DNA of 60,578 nt, filler included, from Dugesia japonica (lineage: Eukaryota): assembly GCA_001938525.1 (NCBI GenBank). It is 5 parts of 5 records of this genome, joined end to end, with 100 filler letters (N's around TTAATTAATTAA, not from the genome) between each part and the next. Parts side by side here need not be neighbours in the genome. Positions count along the whole stretch, not along the records: positions 50,937 to 60,578 come from MQRL01607717.1; 4 more parts are not named here. One strand, given 5' to 3'. Below the pieces are notes generated by a model. That model saw only the letters and a list, made by a program, of their open reading frames with translations. It searched no databases and was not told the DNA's origin. Made by a program: the position numbers and the translations under genes. Positions 51,340 to 60,578 of the stretch are shown here, one piece after another; position 1 is the first letter of the stretch, and each line of letters begins with the position of its first letter.

Positions 51340-52004
51340 GGTTTATGATTAAATTGACTAACTTTATTGATAAAGAGATATCTAAATTTACTATATATAA
51401 ACCTGGAAAGTAATTTACGACGATGTTTATTATTCATAAATTTTGATAATAATGTTAAATAACGAATGTTTATGAAGTTTCGTTGACGATAATTTCCTTA
51501 GAAATTGAAGATGGGGTCAAATTAAAAATGAAGTTTCCTATTGTAAAGGAATTTTTATGAATTGAACTCGCGAGATTACTAAACTGAAATTTAAAATCTT
51601 GATTTAAAGATAAATTCTCCAATTATTAGGTAGTAATTTTATCAACAATTACAACGATGTTCATTCAATTATATGTGTTGAATTTTCAATAATGATAATT
51701 ATACAATGAATAATTGTAAGATCTTTTCATGCGACTCAAAATCTAAAATTAGTATAAAAAACAAGTCGGGAAGCGTCAGATTTTGAGATCAACAAGAGAC
51801 GAAGCTCTCGCCTAGGACTTTTTCTTCCCTGCTCGAATAAAGAACAAGATTACAATCAAATCATATGAAATATTCAAGTATTATGTATTATTATGTATTA
51901 TTATGCATTATGTATTATATAAGTATTATATAAAATTGTATCGAATTGTAATTAAATAGTCGTTGATATGATAGATATTTTCATAATAATGTATTAGTAC
52001 AAAT

Positions 52005-52475
52005 ATGCCAAAGAATTCTTCAGTAAAGGAGGCTAAAAGATCGTTAAACGGATGGAGTTTTGTGACACCACTGCCTGTATTAGATGTTTCTTGGAGTGAT
52101 ATCGAGACAGATAAATACCTGTGATGGGTTGACCAGGCTAAATTGCGAGACCAGGAATTGGAAATTCAGGAGCAACCTAAAACAATCCGAGAACTGCGGC
52201 AAAGAATTTTTAACTTAGAAAACGAAAGACTAATCTTCGCGCTAGATCGGGTTCAGCAAAATCAATCTCTGACATATTTATTAAGTCGCATCTCGAAGCA
52301 CCTTAAAAAGCCACCATTAATTAAGGAACGGAGAATAGTATTTGAACTAAATCTATTGGAGCACAACCAGGTCGGAAAACGATTAGATTATAGTATAGAG
52401 CGAATAATGCTAACGCTCGTCGCTAAGTTAGATAGTCTAGAAGATGGAGAGATAATTGAGGAAATGACAGTGTAA
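52005..52475 (+). pseudogene. Intronless coiled-coil ORF (156 codons) with one in-frame TGA at 52122
   Basis: ATG 52005 (MPKNSSVKEAKR...) is in frame with track ORF 52143-52475; a single TGA interrupts it. Confidence 0.45.
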
Positions 52476-52656
52476 AGACGAAATTTGTATATAACTGTGA
52501 ATATAATTTCTTAATCGTTGTTATTTGGTTTGATAATTTATTCATCATATAGCGCAGAGCAAATAAATAATGAACAATTATATGTTACGATTAAAATATT
52601 AATGTTTAAACAATAATACATTGTGATTACAATAAAAATCTGCCTTCTAATTTAAA

Positions 52657-53037
52657 ATGACATCGATGATAGGTAAATTGAATGGGCCATCGCGAGCAGA
52701 ATTATTATCAAAACAAGTATCTAGTCGAGCTGAGCTCAAGAAAGTGCGTAGAGAGTGCAAGGAACTCAAAGAAGAGATAAGTGCAATAAAGAAAAAGATG
52801 TCGACGATGCGAGAGCGGTTAAGTGTGAGCCGCAGCAGAGAATTATCGCTGATCTCAAACAATCGTATTCTCGCCGAGATAGTGAAGTCATACGCGAATC
52901 GGGAAGCTGCAATTCTTGCAAACACAAAAACTCTCTGGAAGGAGTATGAGGGTAATAAGAAAGTTGACTTGGACTGCATAATTACAGAAAAACGATTTTT
53001 GGCTCACAAATACCGCATGTATCAAATACTTCATTAA
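52657..53037 (+). CDS. 126-aa basic coiled-coil hypothetical protein, possibly of mobile-element or viral origin
   Basis: Intact ATG-to-stop ORF, CpG-rich relative to flanks, heptad-like ELKKVRRECKELKEEISAIKKKM, AATAAA just after the stop. Confidence 0.5.
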   Translation: MTSMIGKLNGPSRAELLSKQVSSRAELKKVRRECKELKEEISAIKKKMSTMRERLSVSRSRELSLISNNRILAEIVKSYANREAAILANTKTLWKEYEGNKKVDLDCIITEKRFLAHKYRMYQILH

Positions 53038-53214
53038 AAAGAATAAAATACTAAATTAAATTAGTAATTAGCGACAAATGAAATAAAGTAAATGAATTAT
53101 TTATAGTGTTGTGTATTAATAATAATTTATTAATAAATTATTAATAATAATTTCTTAATAATTATTAATAATAAAATAATGATAATAAATTACATTATTT
53201 TTATTCCCTTAAAA

Positions 53215-53898
53215 ATGAATTTTAAAACAGAAAATATAATTAAAAGGAAAAGACTAAGTAGCGCGTGAAATTATTTTGAAAATATTTCTGACAACAGTGT
53301 TAAATGCAAAGAATGCAACCACATGATATCAATAAATTAGCAGACAAATGGTATGCTGTATCATATTTATAAGGAACATGAGCAAAACACAGCCTTAAAT
53401 CACGAAATTGAAGTAAGAGAAAGTTCTGAAAAGCTAATTTATAAATTAATTTTACAAGACGGGCTGCAACTTTCATTTTTAGATTTAAGAGTTTAAAATT
53501 TTGCAGTTATAACGAACAACTATTGATTTTAAATGACATTTGTTCGGAAACGAATTTACTAGAAACAAGCAGTGATTTAATAATCAGTCAAAACAATAAA
53601 ACCAAAGACTTTTTACTTTGAAATGACTATAGTGAAAAACAAGAAATATTATTTGATGAAATCTCAAATTATAAAACGATACCATTACTAAATATATTTG
53701 ATGACCCTCTCATCTTTTGGAAGAACAAAAAATAATTTTACCGAAATTATCTAAACTTGCAAAGAAATATCTATGCATTCCTGGATCAAGTTCATCTTCT
53801 GAAAGAATATTTTCTTGTACTGGATTTATTGATAACGAATTAAGAAACAGATTGACGCCTTAAAATGTCGAAATGCTTGTTTTCTTAAAGAATAACTT
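53215..53898 (+). mobile_element. Internally deleted hAT (BED-finger) transposase
   Basis: BED-like YF....VKCKEC...MLYHIYKEH; C-terminal DPLIFWKN...LSKLAKKYLCIPGSSSSSERIFSCTG....LRNRL...VEMLVFLKNN. Confidence 0.8.
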
Positions 53899-56253
53899 AT
53901 CTCATGTTTGTGAGGGTTAGTGAGCATTGCCATTTTGTATAATAGTAAATAAATAATTTTGTAAATAATCAATTTTGAAAATACAAATAAATAGATAATA
54001 GAATTTTATTAAGGTATAGTAGTAAATATTAATATAATAAAAGAGAAAATAATTCTGTAAATACATATTTAAGAATAGATATATGAATAATAAAAAAATG
54101 ATAATAATCGGGATAATAATAAATATTGATAGTTTAATGTAATAATAGGAGTAATGATAATAATAAATAATAAAATGATAAATTATAATAAATAATGATA
54201 TTACAATAATATGTATAATAATTATAAAATTAATAAATTTTAAAAAATTTAATAATAATAAATTTTAATTAGGCTTTGTTTCAAGCGATTTAATAAAGTC
54301 AAACAAATGACTAGTAATAGTCACATGTTGATAAAAAATAGAAATGTCCAAATTTGGTGATTTTAGTGATCATTTAGAAATCACTTAATTTGGACATGAT
54401 GGCGTAATTTGATTGGTTGTACAATTATATATAATTGCACCTAGATAATCATTTTACGCACAGAAATTAATTGAAAAAAAGCAGTTAAAATAAATTATTA
54501 TTTATTTCACTAGTTGAATTTAAAAGGTATATTTTAATTTCTTTTAAAATTATTAGAAAACTATTTCTTCAATCAATTCGATTGTAAAGTTATTGATCAA
54601 AAAAGATCAAATTAGGGGATAAAATCTATTAACTTAAAATCAAAAAAAGCGACGCAGATTTTTTTACAATTTTGACGGTAGCTTTTAAGTAAACAAATGG
54701 CTTCCCTGCTTATTCATTTTTTATTATTCGTCTTGTCAAAACGGTGACGACAGACGACTCGATATTTTTTGGCAATTAGGTTGTATTAACTCTGTCTTCA
54801 TAAGTATAACGGCTAGTAAATTAATTGTTATTGATTTAAAATATTCGTTGTATTATTGAAAATAAATCTTTGAAGTTTATTTTATTCGTTCTTAAATTTA
54901 TATATTATTTTATTACATTAATAACAATATTAAATATAATAAAGAATTTTAAAGACAATTTGAAATAAATAATTTCCTTCCAAACTCTCTTAATTTACCG
55001 CATCCGGAAATTAACTGAATTTTTGACTCAGATACGAGCACTCATTGTGAGAAATATTAAAATTATTTTTATTTACAAAAACGCAAAATACATAATGAGC
55101 ATTCAATTAAGAAACTTATTAAAAGCAAAATAATAAAAATCGAATTAATTTCATCAGAAAGTTAGAACAGAAAAAAATGATTGTTTCTTAGTGTTGAAAA
55201 ATCAGTAAACGAGAAAATTATGGTTGGAAAACTGATTTTGGCGTAGATTATAGAAATTCAAATTCGAAAATCGTAGAAAATTTGTGGAAATATAAAATTT
55301 GCGACGTACATGATTCTGAATAAGTAACGAAACGTAATTGCCAAAATTCTGATGACCATTATTAAATGAAAGAATTGTTTCGATTTGATTTTTCTGTTCG
55401 CTTATTGATCAAATAAAATTTAGGTCGCAGTTGAAATGCAGTTTTTTAATAAATGTTTTAAGCTCGAAAAACAATTTAACCCGAGTTTTAAATACAAACC
55501 AACAGTTTCATGTAGAAATAAGTTATGAAAAAGGTTATCTGAAACTGACCTGAATTTTTACTCTAATTGGGTTGAGCATCTGACTTACAAATGAATATAA
55601 GCAATAAACTTAAGGCATTAAAAAAAATCAACCCTAATGAACACAGATGTATACCAACAAAATGAAACAGCGATCTAAATTTGTTAAATAACGTTCAAAG
55701 CTAGAAATCAAAACAATTTTATCAAATAATACATTTTACGTAATACTAATTAATTCAATTTTTGTTGATAAATACATACTTTTTTAAATGACAAACTGTT
55801 TTGGAATTTAAATATTTTATTTATATCATTTGACTTCAATTAGTTCAAATTTTAATTTCAATTTAAAAACGGTTTCGTAAACACTATTTTCATATGCTGA
55901 TAAAGTCGTCTGATATCGAAAGGTAAAGTTCAAAAATTAAAATACAACTGTTACATAGATTAATTATAGAATTAGGGGTAGAATAACAGAAAAATGGTTG
56001 CGAAAATAAATTATTTTGTGACAATTTTAATTAAAACATTTACGTTTACAGCTGATTTCAATAGCAAAAACAATTATACTAGTCTTATTGTAAACACAAT
56101 TTATGCATACAAACACAGATATGGTGCATAAATACTTATAAATGTCATAAAGACACACAAACACACACTAATGAGTTGATGTTAACATATTTACACACAT
56201 TTATTGTATGTAAATTAAGCTCAAATTTTAAATCAAAATCGATTGATATTGAA

Positions 56254-56913
56254 ATGTTTCAAAAATGTAGATGGAAAACGCTTTCTAGTGACCTTTGTTG
56301 GATGATTTATTTGGGATTTGGGCGTTTCATTAGAATAGTTTGCTATGTTATGATATTAATTGTTTCAATATCAAGTATGGTTACACTTCACGAAAATGGA
56401 TGCGGTATTATGCCAGACACAAAAGCCAAATCGGAATATTTGTCCTTATCACTTCAAAGTAATGATTCCCAAATCGAAATGGATGAAAATTTCAGTACAA
56501 AATACCTTGATCAAACAAGTTGTTTGTTACTCAATCTTTATCATCTCTGTTTACCAATTCCAATATCTGTTATTTTAACTTTGCATTTTATAAGTAGTGT
56601 GTTCTGGTTTCAAACCTATATGAGTAATATTCAGAATAGTCAGAGATTGTTAAAAAAGGAATTGTTTATTTTAGGCATGACTATATTTGTATGTTTTTTC
56701 AGTTTCTTAGTAAGTTCAATGATGAAACACTTTGTTCGAAGATGTGTTGAATGTTCAGTACAAGTGATTTCGAACCTTAATCAAACAGAAATCCTTAATT
56801 GGTTTTCTTCTTTCATTTTAATTTTTCTCTGTGTGATGGGTATACTTAATTCATACATTTATTATAGTATTATGAAAAAACAAAAGGAAAGTGATATTTG
56901 TTTTAATATTTGA
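56254..56913 (+). CDS. Intronless four-transmembrane (tetraspan/MARVEL-like topology) protein, 219 aa from the ATG at 56254
   Basis: Long stop-free ORF with four hydrophobic segments, Cys residues in both predicted luminal loops, and AATAAA at about 56927. Confidence 0.7.
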   Translation: MFQKCRWKTLSSDLCWMIYLGFGRFIRIVCYVMILIVSISSMVTLHENGCGIMPDTKAKSEYLSLSLQSNDSQIEMDENFSTKYLDQTSCLLLNLYHLCLPIPISVILTLHFISSVFWFQTYMSNIQNSQRLLKKELFILGMTIFVCFFSFLVSSMMKHFVRRCVECSVQVISNLNQTEILNWFSSFILIFLCVMGILNSYIYYSIMKKQKESDICFNI

Positions 56914-59210
56914 TTTTTTAAAAGTAAATAAATATTGCTTTGATAAAAATTGATATTTTCATCTTTAATTTTGTTAGTTAATTCATTTTAATTTTTTATT
57001 AAAGATTTTAGAAATGTGTTGCTAATTTGATAAAATTTTAACATGTGACAAAACAAATATTCTTGTCATGTTGAACTTCAAATTTATCTTGGATCTTCAC
57101 TGTAATTTTCTCAATTCTCTTTTGTAAATATTACTAAGTGTTATTTATTTTTGTATTTGTATGATTTTTATTAATGTGATAATTAAAATAAAACTTCTTT
57201 CTATGAATTGTTTTAAGCAATTGATTGTTTTCATGTTCTAAATAGATGTTTAACTAATATTCTGACTTCATTTTATTACACAATTTTTGGAAATACCAAC
57301 AAGTTTTGTAATAGTTAAATGAAAACAAGATGTGATGAGTAAATCGATAAAATGAAGAGAAATATTGGAACTAGTTCAGTAATTTTCTTTATGCTAATTT
57401 GAATTTTTTAAAAGTGNTTTCGAAATTTCGCATTTTTATTAGTCGTTACTTTTCAGTAGAAAATATTTTTAATTTCGAATGTTACTGGTAAAAAATCGTT
57501 TAGGAAGTTTTGAACTTTGGTATATAATTTTCTCGGTCAAAAATGGTCGTATGATTTTGAATTTAATTCAGAATAAAAAATACTCTTTACATTGTCTAAA
57601 TGACTATTAATAGGGTTTCTAACTTTTTTAACAGAAAAACAGCTGTTTTTCCAATGAAAAATTAAAAACAGGAAAACTTGTTTTTTCCATAGCTATGTTT
57701 AGAATTTTTTTATATTGAAAATTTTGTATAATTACGAATTTGTTTTAATTGTTAAAAGTTCAGTATTTTTTCGAAATAGATTCTTCTAAGCATTCTTCAT
57801 GTTCTTCGTTGTTTATCTGTGACGTACTCCCTTCGCAATACTTGTATCTGATTCTAATTCTCCAACCATTTTTATTTATTTTTTATCAGAACTCGGTCCA
57901 TTGCTACTTATATATCAAAGTAAAAATTTAATTTAACATAATAACCGTGAAAACAACAATCTTACTTTTAGTTATTTCACGAAATTTTATGGTATAACAA
58001 GAAAAATAATTGGAAAGTCTTGCAAAGTCTTTCGCACATACCAGCATATTACGAATTAAAAATAGTAATATTAGTATTATTGTTATATAATATTTAATGG
58101 GTGTTATGAAAAGTTGGAATCGTGGTCATATAGCTTAAAGAAACAGTTATAATAATCAATAATTATATAAATTATTATTATAATAATAATTTAATTCCTA
58201 TAACTAACTTTAGCTATAGGAATTAAATAAAATTACGTAAATTGAATTAGCTTGAGAATAAGTAGTTAGTAATACGAATAGTAAACAATTATTTAATTAT
58301 AAGATTAAAAAATTATAAAATTACAATCAGAAATTTACAATGACCAAAATACTGACGTACAATACTACTGTAGCAAACGATGATAACCAATAATAACTTG
58401 CAAATAATCGCGGACTAACAGTTAATATCCACCGATAATAATTGTCAAATTAATTATTATAATTTCCTAAGTTAGAGTTTTTAGTAATTTTTTAATGTAA
58501 TAAAAATAAATAACTAAAAAAACTATAAAAGCACCTAAAGTTAGGCAAAAAAAGGTGTCACAAACCTAGAAATAAATAAATATACCGAAAGTTAATTAGC
58601 AAAAAAATAATAAATTAAATATTAAAAAAAATATTTGTTCTTAAACTGACGATTGTAAATAAAATATTAAATAACATTCTGCGCAATCTCATTTTACGTT
58701 AGAGTTTTTCCATAATTTAAGAATTTCCTCCAATAAAATGATATGACATTGAAGTACCCTCAATATTTGGTCGCGTAGCCTAAAGGGTACGCGAATCTAA
58801 CGTTGAGAAACACTGTTTTAGAGTAATCACTTAACTCTAAATTCTTTTCAGTTGAGATAAAGCACATTGCAGTCTCCGTCTAGAGTTTCTCAAAAATTGG
58901 CTCACGAGTCTTGTAAGTCATATTATTCCAAAATTCATAATTAGACATCAAGACACCTTGATTGTGTTTTTACACCATGATTTTTAATATTCCTNTTCAT
59001 CAATCTATTTAAATTCACAACTACTGTGTAATGAATTTTTTTACCTTTTTATAATAAAAAAAGATTGTTTTTCTGACCATCTTTCACTTTATATTGATGA
59101 ATTATGCCCAAATTCGGATGTTTCATAACAATATCCTCTTCATCTTCCGTGCATGAGAGTTTCATGAAAGGAAATTTATTGATAGTCAAGGATTTCGACT
59201 CTCAGACATT

Positions 59211-60578
59211 CAAGGACGGATCCACAAGGGGGCGATCGCCCCCCCATAGCCGAATTTTCATAAAGCTTTATAATGATAAGGAACGACTACTCATATGAAT
59301 ATTTGAATGGTAGCATGAAAAAGCAAAGAAGAAATGAAAAATTAAAAACAATTTTGTATCTAAAAATCAAAACAAACATGAGAAAAATAATTGTAAAAGT
59401 ACTAAATGCTAAAAAAGATAAATTAAATAAATTTTATAATAAATAAATTTAATTAATTAATTGAATAAATTATTTAAATAAATAGATTCATTTAAATAAA
59501 TTAATTTAAATCATTACAAATAATTTTTAAGGTATAATTATTTAATTATTATAAATATATCAGAATTTGTGATTTTTTTTAGAAATCAAACGATCAATGC
59601 AAACGCCGATTTTACAATTTTTAAAAAAAACAAAATCAAGATAACATTACAGAATCAAAAAATATAAAACCAGTAGAAGCACTTTTGCCTGAAGAAATAT
59701 TTTCTTTCCCTCCATCACTATCGCTATCGACATTATCATCGTCATCTTGCGATTCAAAAGACATTGGTAATTTTATAGAAAGGCTAGACGACATCACCAA
59801 ATATATTATCATTAAAAATTTTTAGCAGTCACTTTCAGCTTTCAAATTTCCATTTTCTGTTCACCAAAAGTGTAAGATTGAAGAAAAGAAGTGAACTCAC
59901 CATAATCATCTTTTAAATCATAAATGGCTTGTATATTCTGATATTTATAAATGTCTCTTCTGCAAATATTTTGTACTATATGCTGAATTTTGTGTTGCTA
60001 ATAGAAAAATTAAAGTGGAAAAGTTTATAACAAAACCTTTGACAAAGTTTGCAAAATTATAAGGAAAGATTGGTGAATTTTAATTACACAAAACTCTGTA
60101 ACTGCACCTTCTAGGTTTTGTCAAGTTTTTAGTGATCTTTCGAAATCGATTACAAATTTAATTAATTCTAATAGATAAAAAATATATAAAGATAATCGCG
60201 AACGGTTGACATCTTTTATTAAAACTATTCTTCTCATGGACGACCAAAATATAGCTTTTCGTGGTAGACGTGATGATGGAAAAATTGATGATAAAAAAGA
60301 TAACGAAAATCCATTGAAAAATGAAGGAAATTTCAAAGAACTGTTAAAATATCAGGTTGATGCTGGTGACACTGTTCTTGAAGCTCATTTGAAAAATTCA
60401 AATTCGAATGCCACTTATATAAGTAAGACCACACAAAGTCAATTAATTGAGGCATGTGTAGACGTCATCAAACAAACTAAGGCGTAAAAAGTATATGCTG
60501 TCCTCTGTCCTTGTTACAACCATAGTTTAAATTTTTCGATTTCGATATCATCAAATGTCACAAGTATTCGAAATTCGA
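59211..60578 (+). mobile_element. hAT-Tip100/THAP12(PRKRIR)-like element, left end plus decayed transposase, running off the window
   Basis: Terminus CAAGGACGGATCCACAAGGGGGCGATCGCCCCCC; KWLVYS...LFCKY; QNIAFRGRRD...GNFKELL...L.AHL.....ATYISKTTQSQLI (DUF4371); CYNHSLN. Confidence 0.85.

Overview
Very AT-rich, gap-riddled eukaryotic scaffold. A planarian flatworm is my inference, from the ARF sequence, base composition and short introns. Four artificial N-TTAATTAATTAA-N linkers (12501, 22309, 42054, 50881) split it into blocks whose adjacency is not guaranteed. Host genes: a two-exon class I ARF GTPase (688-1283, minus); the extracellular-domain exons of a nicotinic acetylcholine receptor/Cys-loop subunit spread over about 12.5 kb (40113-27535, minus; loop C and TM exons not found); a two-exon 120-aa single-pass membrane protein with a C-C-CC-CC ectodomain (Shisa-like/STMC6 pattern), absent from the ORF track and nested antisense in the receptor intron (35529-35948, plus); an intronless four-TM protein (56254-56913); and a Ser-rich orphan exon (49546-50287). 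Most of the rest is decayed transposons: many hAT fragments and MITEs, Tc1/mariner relics, a Penelope-like element, and an RT-deleted Gypsy element with about 100-bp AGT...ACT LTRs. There are also Polinton/Maverick remnants (two protein-primed PolB pieces and four related AGTAG-type termini) and two copies of a short Penelope-type repeat carrying minimal hammerhead ribozyme motifs.
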